A stretch of 61,771 bases of DNA, from the IMG/VR virus record IMGVR_UViG_3300025391_000491. One strand, given 5' to 3'. Shown here in pieces: positions 1 to 10,786 of this stretch (position 1 is its first letter; the number at the start of each line of letters is the position of its first letter). The translations under genes and the position numbers were made by a program. A model generated the notes under the pieces. That model did not search any database. It was not told where the DNA came from and was given only the letters and a program-made list of their open reading frames with translations. Source of the DNA: an uncultured virus (IMG/VR IMGVR_UViG_3300025391_000491) (lineage: Duplodnaviria > Heunggongvirae > Uroviricota > Caudoviricetes).

Positions 1-423
1 AGAACAAAGAACAGTTGGAAAGATGCAGATAACCGAAAAGAAAAAACCAGAGAAACTTTTTTACAACATTGTTGTGGTCAACCAGGTCCGCTTGCTAAAA
101 TGAAAAAAACTAAAAGAAAAAAATCTGGATTACTTACGCCGTTGATTGCAAAAGATTATCGTCACTATGCAAGAGCTATACGAAAAAAAGCACAACACTG
201 GGCAAAGGAGCAAGGATATGTATTAGGACAACAAACATATCATGTTGATCATAAGTTTAGTATTCTGGATGCATGGCACGCTGATTTAGCAGAAGCAATC
301 GTAAATCATCCATCAAACTTACAAATTTTAGATGCAAAATTAAATAGCGGAAAAGGATCAAAGAGTAGTATCACCCTTGAAGAATTATTGTACAATATCA
401 GTCAAGCCGACGCACCAGCGTGA
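1..423 (+). CDS. HNH homing endonuclease, 5'-partial
   Basis: Frame open from base 1. YHVDHKFS...NLQILDAKLNSGKG is HNH-like. AT-rich, overlaps the 3' end of a convergent gene. Confidence 0.7.
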   Translation, partial: RTKNSWKDADNRKEKTRETFLQHCCGQPGPLAKMKKTKRKKSGLLTPLIAKDYRHYARAIRKKAQHWAKEQGYVLGQQTYHVDHKFSILDAWHADLAEAIVNHPSNLQILDAKLNSGKGSKSSITLEELLYNISQADAPA

Positions 424-775
424 TGCTTTTACGTTTGGTTTTTTTGCGTGCTATTTCGGCCAGACTGCATACAGGACCGTGTAGCACTGTAAGATCTTTG
501 TTGATGAATGTTCTTAGACTGGGGCGGAACGGCTCCCATTCGGTCTTGAGGAATATGTTGATGGGAACACTTCGGTTGCTTTCCCACCACCATACATTGG
601 CCAGTTCTAAAAATTTCTTTTTTTGTTCTAGATCCTGTATGGCACCAAAGTCATATATGGTGGTCACGACATCGTCTTGATTTTGTATGATGCCCACATA
701 CTCGTTGGTGGCATACACGCACAAAGTTATAAAAGGGTATTTTTCGGCCAGCTGCGCAAAGATGTCGTTACCCAT
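398..775 (-). CDS. hypothetical phage protein
   Basis: 125-aa ORF with a TAAATA element upstream on the minus strand (802-807). Confidence 0.7.
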   Translation of the reverse strand: MGNDIFAQLAEKYPFITLCVYATNEYVGIIQNQDDVVTTIYDFGAIQDLEQKKKFLELANVWWWESNRSVPINIFLKTEWEPFRPSLRTFINKDLTVLHGPVCSLAEIARKKTKRKSITLVRRLD

Positions 776-862
776 AAATATCGTATAAATCTATCATGAG
801 ATATTTACCAAATTGCAACCATACCCAAATCATTGCCAACCCACCACTGATAAATAACATGC

Positions 863-2014
863 ATGTACTCAACACAACTATATCTTTATCAGCAGATCAC
901 CCAGGTCGTGTGCTTGGACGACTCCGACAGTGCTGCATTTTCCTACAGGTATAATCCAGTGTACGCCAAGGTCCTGACCATAAACAAAGGTGTTGACAAT
1001 GTGCTGTTGTTTGAGTTCATCAACCAAAACGAAAAACCGGTCAACATAACCGGTAGCACATTTATTTTTCGCGTGATCAATACCCAAGGCGACACTGTGT
1101 TGATCGAACAGCCTTTGGTTACATTGAATGCAGCCACCGGCCGTGCCAAGGTCACCCTGTCGGCTTCGGACCTACTGGAAGTGTTGGCACAGCCTGCATA
1201 CTACAGCCTGACTCGCACCAGTGGCAATCTCACTGAACCGGTTTTTGTTGATGCACAATCAGGCGGTCGTGCACCATTGACTATTGCGGATTCGGTGTTG
1301 CCACAGTATACTCCCAGCCGTCCGCTTACCATACCCACTACCAAGATTTCTGCACAAGGCAGTCCAGACGGCACCAGCGTGGCCAATGCTTCTTACAACG
1401 ACTGGTACTGGAACGGTAACCCCAATGGCGCCAACTACTGGAACAGTTTTGCCATAACCGAATTTTACAGCAGTTTTGTCAAGCCCACACAGGCCATAAC
1501 CACGGTACAGATGACTTTGGATCACTATACCGGCACTATCAAGGCCCAGGCAGCACAGGACTACGAAGCAGTGCCGTTTAATGTGACTGAAAGTGTCACC
1601 TATCTCAACTATACCGGAACCATCTACCATAACATCGTAGGCTGGTATCCGCTGGTACGCATGTGTTTTAACAACAGCATATTTGCTGTGCCCAACGGGC
1701 AAGGCGTCCCAGCCAACGCCTATGCCTACTGTGTAAACGGTCAGGTTGAAAGCATCACGATCCAAAATGCCGGTCGCGGCTACCTGGCTCCGCCCAAGAT
1801 CAACATCATTGGTGAAGGATCGGGTGCCCAAGCCGAAGCCACCATAGATGACACTGGTGCGATTGCATCAATCACGGTGACCAATCCGGGATCAGGCTAT
1901 TGGTTGGTGCCCAATGCTGGTATCAACACTCCGTATTATCCGGTGGCACCCAACAATCAAGGTGCCATGGTCATAATCAGCACCGGATATGTGGTGGACC
2001 TTTTCTATAGATAA
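863..2014 (+). CDS. putative virion structural protein (baseplate/tail-associated)
   Basis: Beta-rich. ITIQNAGRGY..PKINIIGEGSGAQAEA repeat typical of phage structural proteins. TAAATA 6 nt before the ATG. Confidence 0.55.
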   Translation: MYSTQLYLYQQITQVVCLDDSDSAAFSYRYNPVYAKVLTINKGVDNVLLFEFINQNEKPVNITGSTFIFRVINTQGDTVLIEQPLVTLNAATGRAKVTLSASDLLEVLAQPAYYSLTRTSGNLTEPVFVDAQSGGRAPLTIADSVLPQYTPSRPLTIPTTKISAQGSPDGTSVANASYNDWYWNGNPNGANYWNSFAITEFYSSFVKPTQAITTVQMTLDHYTGTIKAQAAQDYEAVPFNVTESVTYLNYTGTIYHNIVGWYPLVRMCFNNSIFAVPNGQGVPANAYAYCVNGQVESITIQNAGRGYLAPPKINIIGEGSGAQAEATIDDTGAIASITVTNPGSGYWLVPNAGINTPYYPVAPNNQGAMVIISTGYVVDLFYR

Positions 2015-2041
2015 CTGTGACAAAACATGCTATAATACAGC

Positions 2042-2998
2042 ATGATCGATGTGACTGCCTATCTGCCCGGAAGAATCAAACGCAACAGCTCGGGCTGGAT
2101 CAACTTCGACGCTCCCTGTTGTATCCATAATGGTACATCGGCTGACCACAGGAAACGTGGTGGCCTCAAAGTCCAAGAATCTGATTGGATCTATCATTGT
2201 TTCAATTGCGGATTTAGCACCAGCTTTACTCTAGGTCGCACCCTGACTGTGCGAGCACGTCGCGTGCTGGGGTGGCTCAATGTACCTGCGGAAGAAATTG
2301 AGCGCATGAATCTAGAAAGTCTACAGCATAGGGGTGCACTGGGTATCTTGGATGATCGACGCAACATGATGCAACAGCTCAGCAATATCAGATTTGACGA
2401 ACATTATCTACCGAATCCAACGCAACCCCTTGCTGAGGAGGCTGCTACATATCTGACCCGGCGTGCGATTCCATTGGATTATCCGTTCCTGAGTACCGGT
2501 ATTGGACGACCTGGCATCATAGTACCGTTCACTCATGATCAAACAGTGGTGGGTCACTCAGTGAGATTCTTGGACAGCAGGATGCCCAAATATATACAAC
2601 GCACGCAACCGGGCTATGTATTTGGCACAGATCTACAACGCGATGCCTGGCACACAGCCATCGTTGTGGAAGGTGTGTTTGATGCACTCAGCATCGATGG
2701 CCTAGCAGTTTTGCATGCCGAAATCAATGATGCACAAGTGCGTTTGATACGCAGTCTGGAACGCGACGTGATCGTGGTACCTGATCAAGACCTAGCTGGT
2801 ATGAGTCTGGTGGATCGTGCAGTAGAACTGAACTGGGCTGTCAGCATGCCCGAATGGCCCGCCGGAATCAAGGATGTGAATGATGCAGTAATCTGCATGG
2901 GGCGAGTGGCTACCTTGCTAACTATCATGCAGTCCCGAGAGCACAATCGAGTCAAAATAGAACTAAGGAAACGACAAATTGTTAAAAGATTACGATAA
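2042..2998 (+). CDS. DNA primase (T4 gp61-like)
   Basis: N-terminal Zn finger (CC..YHCFNCG), TOPRIM motifs VEGVFDAL, PDQDLAG, KDVND. Near the helicase. Confidence 0.88.
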   Translation: MIDVTAYLPGRIKRNSSGWINFDAPCCIHNGTSADHRKRGGLKVQESDWIYHCFNCGFSTSFTLGRTLTVRARRVLGWLNVPAEEIERMNLESLQHRGALGILDDRRNMMQQLSNIRFDEHYLPNPTQPLAEEAATYLTRRAIPLDYPFLSTGIGRPGIIVPFTHDQTVVGHSVRFLDSRMPKYIQRTQPGYVFGTDLQRDAWHTAIVVEGVFDALSIDGLAVLHAEINDAQVRLIRSLERDVIVVPDQDLAGMSLVDRAVELNWAVSMPEWPAGIKDVNDAVICMGRVATLLTIMQSREHNRVKIELRKRQIVKRLR

Positions 2999-3701
2999 AC
3001 TTTGGGTATTTGGTGACAGCTATGCCACTACAAATTTTTGCGTAGACGCCAAAGATTCTTTCTGGGGATTAACAGCTAATCTACTGTCGACGAACACAAT
3101 TTTTAATTATGCCTGGCCAGGAAATAGTTTTGATAGTGTAGTTCATGTCATGATCAGTGAGCAGAATTCATATGATTGGAAAAAAGATTTTTTCCTGATT
3201 GGAGTTCCGCCATTGCCCCGACTAACTGTAGTCAGTAAAGATGATAAAAAAACAACAATCGGCCATAAGATTGACCCTATTTCTTGGCAAGACGATGCAT
3301 TCAATGTTTTGTGTCATCACGGTATGGAAAATATTTCAAGTCATGTAGATAAAAAATTTGCTATACATGAAGACAGCACATGGACCCAAACTCAAGCTAT
3401 GCGTAATATTTTTTTATTAAATACCTGGTTAGATTCAAAAAATGCCAACTACTTAATATTGAATTTGTCTGTGGATTTTTATCAAGATAATTCATCTGTT
3501 GGAGATTTTTTATTAACACATTGTTTATCTCATTCACGCAACATATTGTTCCAGGATGGATACTATTCTATTAATTTAAATGTCAATGAGCCAGCAGATT
3601 TTAAACAACACGGATGGATGGGCCATCATGGACCTCGGGGTAATAGGCATTATTTTGAAAAATCAATCATACCAGCATTAGAAAGAAATAAATTAATTTA
3701 A
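2979..3701 (+). CDS. SGNH/GDSL-like hypothetical protein
   Basis: VFGDSY block I and C-terminal HHGPRGN. AT-rich insert between primase and helicase. Confidence 0.5.
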   Translation: MLKDYDKLWVFGDSYATTNFCVDAKDSFWGLTANLLSTNTIFNYAWPGNSFDSVVHVMISEQNSYDWKKDFFLIGVPPLPRLTVVSKDDKKTTIGHKIDPISWQDDAFNVLCHHGMENISSHVDKKFAIHEDSTWTQTQAMRNIFLLNTWLDSKNANYLILNLSVDFYQDNSSVGDFLLTHCLSHSRNILFQDGYYSINLNVNEPADFKQHGWMGHHGPRGNRHYFEKSIIPALERNKLI

Positions 3702-3710
3702 AGGAATCGC

Positions 3711-5108
3711 ATGCTTAAAGATTACGGACTTGAAGTCCAACGCCTGTTCCTAGAAATGATGTTGCAAGACGCAGAAAGCTATGTGCGTGTGCAAAACATC
3801 TACAATCCGGAAAACTTTGATAGAAGCCTAAGATCAGCAGCCCAGTTCATCGCCGACCACAGCGACCAACACAAAACCTTGCCCACAGTGGCACAGATTT
3901 CGGCCAGTACCGGAATCGTGCTAGAACACTTGCCTGACCTCAACGAAGGGCATTTTGAATGGTTCATGGCCGAGTTTGAGCAGTTTACTAGACGCCAAGA
4001 ACTGGAACGTGCGATCTTGAAAAGCGCCGATCTCCTGGAAAAAGGCGAGTACGATCCGGTAGAAAAACTGATCAAGGACGCGGTACAGATCAGTTTGACC
4101 AAGGACATGGGCACAGACTACTGGGCCGATCCCAGAGCCAGGATTGATCGATACTTTAATTCAGGTGGACAAGTCAGCACAGGCTGGCCGCAGATGGATC
4201 GTATCTTGTACGGTGGATTCAGCAGAGGTGAACTCAATATATTTGCTGGTGGATCGGGATCAGGCAAGAGTCTTGTCATGATGAACATAGCCTTGAGCTG
4301 GTTGCAGATGGGACTGAGTGGTGTGTATGTGAGTCTAGAATTGAGCGAAGAACTGTGTGCGCTCAGGACCGATGCCATGCTGGCTGGCATGAGCACCAAG
4401 GAGATCCGCAAGGACATTGACCAAACCGAACTCAAGGTCAAGCTGGTCAGTAAAAAAGCCGGACAGTATAGAATCAAGGCCTTGCCGGCACAGAGCAACA
4501 TCAACGATATCCGCAGTTATATCAAAGAAGTGCAGGTGCAGACTGGCATACGTGTGGACTTTGTCATGGTTGACTACCTGGATCTCTTGATGCCGGTCAG
4601 TGCCAAAGTCAGCCCCAATGACCTATTTGTCAAAGACAAGTATGTGAGTGAGGAATTGCGTAACCTGGCCAAGGAACTCAATGTGCTGTTTGTGACAGCA
4701 AGTCAGTTGAATAGATCGGCCGTGGAAGAAGTGGAATTCGATCACAGTCATATATCGGGTGGTATCAGTAAAATCAACACAGCTGACAATGTGTTTGGTA
4801 TCTTTACCAGTCGAGCCATGCGTGAACGTGGCAAGTATCAGATACAATGCATGAAATCTCGTAGCAGTACTGGTGTGGGCATGAAGATTGACCTAGACTA
4901 CAACATTGAAACCATGCGTATCACAGACCCTGGCGAGGAAGAACAAAATAGTTTCAAACGTCCGGGTGGCAACCTCATGGACAGTATCCGTGCCAAGAGT
5001 ACAGTGACTGCCGCAGATGTGCCGTTTGAACCAGACAGCGCAGTTGGCGCAGTGGATATACAAAGTGCCAAACTCAAACAATTACTGGGCAAGATCAAGA
5101 CTGGTTGA
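3711..5108 (+). CDS. replicative DNA helicase (DnaB/T4 gp41-like)
   Basis: Walker A GGSGSGKS, VMVDYLDL, TASQLNR, KSR motifs. Confidence 0.93.
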   Translation: MLKDYGLEVQRLFLEMMLQDAESYVRVQNIYNPENFDRSLRSAAQFIADHSDQHKTLPTVAQISASTGIVLEHLPDLNEGHFEWFMAEFEQFTRRQELERAILKSADLLEKGEYDPVEKLIKDAVQISLTKDMGTDYWADPRARIDRYFNSGGQVSTGWPQMDRILYGGFSRGELNIFAGGSGSGKSLVMMNIALSWLQMGLSGVYVSLELSEELCALRTDAMLAGMSTKEIRKDIDQTELKVKLVSKKAGQYRIKALPAQSNINDIRSYIKEVQVQTGIRVDFVMVDYLDLLMPVSAKVSPNDLFVKDKYVSEELRNLAKELNVLFVTASQLNRSAVEEVEFDHSHISGGISKINTADNVFGIFTSRAMRERGKYQIQCMKSRSSTGVGMKIDLDYNIETMRITDPGEEEQNSFKRPGGNLMDSIRAKSTVTAADVPFEPDSAVGAVDIQSAKLKQLLGKIKTG

Positions 5109-5162
5109 TTGGGACTCGATTGATCAGTGATCCATAAATAATAAAAAGATCCTGGACCCCAT

Positions 5163-5411
5163 ATGCAAAAGAAAACTCGTAGTATCCTGGAAGAACTAGA
5201 AAATCTCTATGCCGAGCGAGACAGCCGTCACGTGATCGAAAATCGTGCTGCCAACGTGATTGCCAGCGCCATACGCTTGCTGGAACAGATTGATTCCAGC
5301 TATACCAGCGAGCAGGCCGAAAATCTACAACGCAAGTTGATCAATGCCATACGATTGAGAGATCCAGCCAAGTTCACCAGAACCGTGAGACGCACCGATG
5401 CAAATTCATGA
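5163..5411 (+). CDS. hypothetical protein
   Basis: 82-aa ORF downstream of a TAAATA element. Confidence 0.65.
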   Translation: MQKKTRSILEELENLYAERDSRHVIENRAANVIASAIRLLEQIDSSYTSEQAENLQRKLINAIRLRDPAKFTRTVRRTDANS

Positions 5412-6246
5412 ACTGACTCTATCGCGCAAGCCGCAACTGAATGAAATCTTTGGCTTGGGCAAAAGCAAACAAGACAAAATAAATGCCCAGGCGGCCAAGT
5501 ACGCCGGCAAATTACAAAAAAAAGTCAGCCAAAATGCAGGAACCACAGCACCATTGCAGACCGATGCCACACGCATGGCACAGGCCTCGGCCAAATTCCA
5601 CGCCAATCCGGCTGCCCAACAATGGGTCAATAATGCTGTGGCCAAGTGGCCATCCGCAGCTGCAACTATAAAAGCCCAGGCACAACCCACAACAACCAAC
5701 GCACCTGTGGCTTCGGCTTCCACTGCTGGCTCGGCTCCGGTCAGTATAGGTGGACAAACGCTGGATCCCAACAATCCGGCCCACGCACAGATACTGAGTC
5801 AGATGAAAAAACAGGGTATTTCAGAAGCCGCTGCCGGAGACAATTATGCCACACTGTTCCGCACCTGGGCCAATCAACAGCTCAGAACTGTCACACTGGA
5901 TGCGCTAGAGCAGAATGCTGAGGTCAAAAACAAGCTAGAGTCGCTGATAACCCAGATCGAAGCCACGCAGAACAATTTGCCAGCCCAGACCAAATTGGTG
6001 GCTGAGTTTTTGAGTACGGCCGTGATCGCCAACCATGTGGTTCAGGACCAGGCTCGTCAAGGACAATACAGTCCACAGACCCGTGCTGATGCCAACACCG
6101 AGTCTTCTATCAAACTGGATCCCATACAACAACTCAATCTCAAACGACAGGCACGAGCCGCCGGAATTACCCAGGCCAGAACGACCGGCAATACCGACTT
6201 GGACGATTTCCTTCGACAAAACATGGGCATACGGATCACAGGATGA
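5398..6246 (+). CDS. hypothetical protein, possible internal head protein
   Basis: Ala/Gln-rich, MQIHEL..LNE N-terminus, coupled to neighbours. Confidence 0.55.
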   Translation: MQIHELTLSRKPQLNEIFGLGKSKQDKINAQAAKYAGKLQKKVSQNAGTTAPLQTDATRMAQASAKFHANPAAQQWVNNAVAKWPSAAATIKAQAQPTTTNAPVASASTAGSAPVSIGGQTLDPNNPAHAQILSQMKKQGISEAAAGDNYATLFRTWANQQLRTVTLDALEQNAEVKNKLESLITQIEATQNNLPAQTKLVAEFLSTAVIANHVVQDQARQGQYSPQTRADANTESSIKLDPIQQLNLKRQARAAGITQARTTGNTDLDDFLRQNMGIRITG

Positions 6247-8219
6247 ATATATTCGAAGGTGGCAACGTATTCAAAGATGCAGACGGTCGTGCGCTCACAC
6301 AGCGTATCAATCAGGCCGATGTTGATCCGACAGTCAATTGGCTGGAGCAGTTGACTGGTCTTGATCTACACGGCGACTTGGATCCTGACACAGCCGATTC
6401 GCAACACCCCGAAGGATATCCAGAAAAATGGTTGGGCACCACTGGCAAAAAACCCACATCGGGCGACCTAGATCTTGATTCAAGTGACACAACCAAAGAT
6501 GCCTTACAACAGCGATTGACCCAATGGTGTGTCAGTCACAACCTGAACCCTCAAGAGTATGTTAAAAAAACTGGCAGTATTGTGCATTTCAGGACTCCAA
6601 TCACAGGACGCCCTGATCAGGGCTATGTGCAAACAGATTTTACATTTTTACCAAAACCACCATGGGGCCGATTTGTGCTCAGCGGCGGATCAGGTAGCCA
6701 ATACAAAGGTCGTGAACGCAACGTCATGATGAATTCGATAGCCAAAAGCATGGGCTATAAACTGAATCAAAACGATGGCATTGCCGACCGTGCTACCAAC
6801 CAATTGATTACCGACGATCCAGACAAGACAGCCAAGCTGTTGTTAAATCCGCGTGCTACCCGTAGTGATCTACGTAATGTAGAAACTATATTGAAAGCCT
6901 TGGAACGAGATCCCAAACGCGATGCCAAATTGGCCGACTTCCGCGAACACATGAAACGCGAAGGCATTCCGTTTATGGAAACGGCCAACTCCGACCCTTA
7001 TATCGAATACAGTGATGTGAACTTTCTGGCACGTCTGCGAGATCGTATCGTGAATCAGGGCATGCAGATCATCATCGAAGCAGATGTACAAGGCGGTCGT
7101 GCCAAAGGAATTGAGCATCTGGAAGATCTTGTGTTCCGCAACGGCAGTGCTGGCATCAAACGAGCCATGGATATCGTCAAACACACAGCCGCTGATACTG
7201 GACGCACAGCCACAGTCAAATGGGATGGTCGACCAGCCCTGGTATTTGGTCGCGAACCCGATGGCACCTTTGTGCTGACCGATGTGGCCGGATTTACAGC
7301 CCGAGGCTACAACGGCCTGTTCACCAGTCCCAAGCAGGCCATCTCTTTGCTGGCACAACGTGATCAAGAAGCCCAGCGTCAAGGACGTCCGGCCGGACGT
7401 GTGGCCTATCTTGGTCCCATCTATGAAAAACTATGGCCCATGCTGAGTGCAAGTTTGCCCAAGGATTTCCGTGGCTATGTGCAAGGCGATCTATTGTATA
7501 CCGATCGTCCTGACGAAGAGGCTGGTAATTTTGTGTTCACGCCCAATGCCATCACGTACCGTATACCCATCGCCAGCGACATTGGACAGCGTATAGCACA
7601 AAGTGAAGTGGGCATAGCCATGCACACACGCTATGCCGAACCTGGTGCCCCCAAAGAACCCATTGGCTCGATTGATTTTAAACGTGTGCCCGGTTTGTTA
7701 TTGCTGGAACCGGTATACGCCAAAGAAAATGTGCGTCCAAATCGCAATCTAGTGCAGGCTCTGCGTAACGTGTATTCAGCATCGGGCTCGGCCATAGATG
7801 GACTATTCAACCCAGCCGAACTTAGAGCACTACAGATCACAGACTTGCCCAGACTGTGCATTGACTATATCAACAGTAGAGTGGGTACCGATTTTGACGA
7901 CTTGGTCAACGGATTTGGTCCATGGTTGCAACGCACACAGACTCCTAGAAAGTATGCCAACATAGTGGAATACCTGACCAGTCCCAGAAGCAATCTTGAA
8001 GGCATGGCTGCTGCATTTGAAGCCTGGGCCCTACTACACGACATCAAGATGGACATACTGCGCCAACTGGATCTGCAACATCCAGGACAAGAAGGCTGGG
8101 TCATGGCCACCACAGGTGGCATGGCCAAGGCCGTGAATCGACTGGCTGGTGGATTTACTGCTGCCAACCGAGCCATAAACAATCCTGGACAAACCCCGGA
8201 TTTTTCCTCTCCGGCATAA
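6243..8219 (+). CDS. two-domain protein: pol-beta-type nucleotidyltransferase-like N-terminus plus ATP-dependent ligase-like C-terminus
   Basis: LGTTGKKPTSGDLDL and VQTDF in the N-half. TVKWDG (KxDG) and VQGDLLY in the C-half. Confidence 0.5.
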   Translation: MNIFEGGNVFKDADGRALTQRINQADVDPTVNWLEQLTGLDLHGDLDPDTADSQHPEGYPEKWLGTTGKKPTSGDLDLDSSDTTKDALQQRLTQWCVSHNLNPQEYVKKTGSIVHFRTPITGRPDQGYVQTDFTFLPKPPWGRFVLSGGSGSQYKGRERNVMMNSIAKSMGYKLNQNDGIADRATNQLITDDPDKTAKLLLNPRATRSDLRNVETILKALERDPKRDAKLADFREHMKREGIPFMETANSDPYIEYSDVNFLARLRDRIVNQGMQIIIEADVQGGRAKGIEHLEDLVFRNGSAGIKRAMDIVKHTAADTGRTATVKWDGRPALVFGREPDGTFVLTDVAGFTARGYNGLFTSPKQAISLLAQRDQEAQRQGRPAGRVAYLGPIYEKLWPMLSASLPKDFRGYVQGDLLYTDRPDEEAGNFVFTPNAITYRIPIASDIGQRIAQSEVGIAMHTRYAEPGAPKEPIGSIDFKRVPGLLLLEPVYAKENVRPNRNLVQALRNVYSASGSAIDGLFNPAELRALQITDLPRLCIDYINSRVGTDFDDLVNGFGPWLQRTQTPRKYANIVEYLTSPRSNLEGMAAAFEAWALLHDIKMDILRQLDLQHPGQEGWVMATTGGMAKAVNRLAGGFTAANRAINNPGQTPDFSSPA

Positions 8220-8262
8220 ATATTAGTAGGACCTCTGAGTCCATACACAAAGGAGAATCAAA

Positions 8263-8679
8263 ATGGCTTATATAACCGTAGTTTCCGGTGGCGCACAACC
8301 GGTATTCGCAACAGACGTATTAAATGGCTCTGTGGCTCAATCAGCAAACTTGGCTGCTCAACCAGTAACCAACTTCCAAGGTCCTAAATTAGACTTTTTT
8401 AGTTTGACAGCAAATGCCAATTTGTCTGTTGCAGGTGCAGGTAATGCAATGGGTTACGTTTCAAATGTATTGATGGCTATCCAGCAGATCAGCACAGTTG
8501 CAATGTACCAAGTCAGCCCAACTAACCCACAAGTTTTAAACCTTGCAATTTTCCCAACTGGCGCTGCTAACACAGCTACATTGGTAGGTTTGGCTCAAAC
8601 AGCCAATGCATCGGGTGGTTTAAACATTGGTATTTCCACAGGCAATGTCAATACAACTGCTTCATTCGTAACACAGTAA
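8263..8679 (+). CDS. hypothetical, likely abundant virion protein
   Basis: TAAATA, strong AGGAG RBS, biased codons, followed by a terminator. Confidence 0.6.
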   Translation: MAYITVVSGGAQPVFATDVLNGSVAQSANLAAQPVTNFQGPKLDFFSLTANANLSVAGAGNAMGYVSNVLMAIQQISTVAMYQVSPTNPQVLNLAIFPTGAANTATLVGLAQTANASGGLNIGISTGNVNTTASFVTQ

Positions 8680-8696
8680 TCGACTTTCGTCGTTAG

Positions 8697-8730
8697 AAAG
8701 CCCCGGCGTAAAATCCCGGGGTTTTTCTTT
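8697..8730 (+). terminator. rho-independent terminator
   Basis: gccccgg-loop-ccggggt stem followed by ttttcttt. Confidence 0.75.
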
Positions 8731-8762
8731 GGCCGCATTGTGCGTACATAACTATATGCTAC

Positions 8763-9188
8763 ATGAGATTCTCTTGCACCACCTTGTTTGACATCACAGT
8801 TACCGGTATCACTGGACACTACAAGCCCGCACGAGTGCCGTTCCTGGACAGGGCCAACAATCGGATAGAAGATCAAGCTGCTTGGACCCGTGCCAGGAAT
8901 CAACAACGCAACTGGGAAACCATCAATCAGATCATAGGCCTACGTACCCAGATCACAGACTCCACTCTGCCGTCGCGGTCCGGACTATCGTGGACGTTTG
9001 AATTTGAAACCGAGACTCCGGGTGTGTACGGAACTGATGATGACCCAGTCTCTATACTGCTCAGCGATGCCCAAGGCGTGCCCATGATCGTGGATCTAGA
9101 CAATCGTTCTGATTTGCCGGCCATGATGATAGTGTCTGGTCCGTCTCAAAATATCTGGTTTGCGCCTGCAGAGCTAAATATATCATGA
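8763..9188 (+). CDS. hypothetical protein
   Basis: 141-aa ORF in the operon. Confidence 0.65.
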   Translation: MRFSCTTLFDITVTGITGHYKPARVPFLDRANNRIEDQAAWTRARNQQRNWETINQIIGLRTQITDSTLPSRSGLSWTFEFETETPGVYGTDDDPVSILLSDAQGVPMIVDLDNRSDLPAMMIVSGPSQNIWFAPAELNIS

Positions 9189-9448
9189 GCTCAACTACTG
9201 ACATAGAGAAAAAAAGCCTCGAAGCACATGTGGAACTGTGTGCCGAGCGATATAATGCACTGGAAACACGCATAGATAATGTGGACGAAAAGATCTCCAC
9301 TCTCAGTCTCATGGTAGAAAAAGTACATGTAATGTTGCAAAAAATGTCAACCAAGCGCAACGATCAACTCATCACCTGGGGAGCAGGTCTGATTGGTGTA
9401 TTGCTCAGCATCATTGGTTGGTTAATCTCACACTACGCGGTAAAATGA
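9185..9448 (+). CDS. coiled-coil protein with C-terminal TM helix (holin/XhlA-like)
   Basis: Coiled coil followed by the hydrophobic LITWGAGLIGVLLSIIGWLI. Confidence 0.5.
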   Translation: MSSTTDIEKKSLEAHVELCAERYNALETRIDNVDEKISTLSLMVEKVHVMLQKMSTKRNDQLITWGAGLIGVLLSIIGWLISHYAVK

Positions 9449-9948
9449 ACATAGATCAACAGATTGAACGGTCTCTTGCGACTGAATTTCCTAAATTATT
9501 AAAATTGTTTGTGTGTAAAACAGACAGCGGCGAATACGAAGCATTTGGCAAATACCGTATAGTGCCCGAAAAACCTGGCTATCGAGTATTTTGTTCGGCC
9601 ACTGACGTGGGTGTGTTTGCCAACACACGCAATGCCATCAGTTGGTGTGTGGCCGACAAATATCGTTGCTACGATCTGGCACGTGATCTGCTGTGGTTGG
9701 ATCAAAAACTCACAGCCATCACCGATGATATCACGGTGCGTGCAGCAGTAGGCGATCGCAGTTCCGACCCGCAATTTCGAGAAGATATAACCATCAAGCT
9801 GGAAGGCAAGATCATCATGAAAAAACAGCTGGAACTTCAATTGATCAATTGTGTCGAAAAGGCTAAATATTATCAACAACGAGGATTCGATAATGAAACT
9901 GCAAGAACTATCCGCAAGCCCAACAAAACAAGCCGCAAAGGTATTTGA
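9445..9948 (+). CDS. hypothetical protein
   Basis: ATG overlaps the upstream stop (ATGA). Confidence 0.6.
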   Translation: MNIDQQIERSLATEFPKLLKLFVCKTDSGEYEAFGKYRIVPEKPGYRVFCSATDVGVFANTRNAISWCVADKYRCYDLARDLLWLDQKLTAITDDITVRAAVGDRSSDPQFREDITIKLEGKIIMKKQLELQLINCVEKAKYYQQRGFDNETARTIRKPNKTSRKGI

Positions 9949-10786
9949 AAGCTATTTTGGTGGTCGCGTGCGACCCGGCAACATGACCAAGAGTCAGGCA
10001 CGCAATCTGCTACAACGTGTGCGTGGTCTGGTGCAAGAACACCGTGCTACTCCAGATTTTCATCACAGCGAACGCGATCCGGCTTATCTCAAGTTGATCA
10101 TGATGGAACAGGTATTGAGCTCGCGTCTCAAAGAAGACATGATGCCGCCTCCAACACAGACACAGACACAGAGCCCGGCACAAGCAGCAGCCATGGCTGC
10201 ACAAAATCTTTCTCAGAAGAAAAAAGCCGACCAAGATCAGCTCAAACAGATCGATGACCAGATACGTGCATTGCAAGCACAACGTAGCCAGATACAACAG
10301 CAAATGAATTCGCCAACCATGGAAAATCGTGGTAGACGCAATAGCCTGTATCGTCGCTTGAGCGAAAGCGAAATACAGCAGGCACAAGTGGTTTTGGCTG
10401 CGCAGGACATGGTAGATCGTGTACAAAAGATACTGGAAGACGTGACCAGCATGCAGTTCAAAGATTTGCCAGCTTTGGCAGATCAGATCAAGAACGAAGT
10501 TGGCGCACAACAGGCCGCACAGTTCAACCAAGATGCCTCAGCTGCCTTGGGTGGCCTGGTACAAAACCTACAGGCCAGCAAACAGCAACTGGAACAGGCC
10601 CTGAGTGTGGTAACCGGACAAGATGCCGGCATGCCTCCGGCCATGGGTGCAGTGGACAGTGAACAGCCCGCGATGGGCGAACCTGAACCAGCACCTGATG
10701 CTGGCAACAGTGATCTAGAAGCCGACATGGATCTGGACTCCAATCTAGGCTCGCCTCCGGCTGCACTGGGTCGTGGTCGCAGATAA
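9893..10786 (+). CDS. putative prohead core/scaffold-like protein
   Basis: Gln/Ala coiled coil, acidic Pro-rich tail, repeated xxE sites, TAAATA and GAGG upstream. Confidence 0.45.
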   Translation: MKLQELSASPTKQAAKVFESYFGGRVRPGNMTKSQARNLLQRVRGLVQEHRATPDFHHSERDPAYLKLIMMEQVLSSRLKEDMMPPPTQTQTQSPAQAAAMAAQNLSQKKKADQDQLKQIDDQIRALQAQRSQIQQQMNSPTMENRGRRNSLYRRLSESEIQQAQVVLAAQDMVDRVQKILEDVTSMQFKDLPALADQIKNEVGAQQAAQFNQDASAALGGLVQNLQASKQQLEQALSVVTGQDAGMPPAMGAVDSEQPAMGEPEPAPDAGNSDLEADMDLDSNLGSPPAALGRGRR

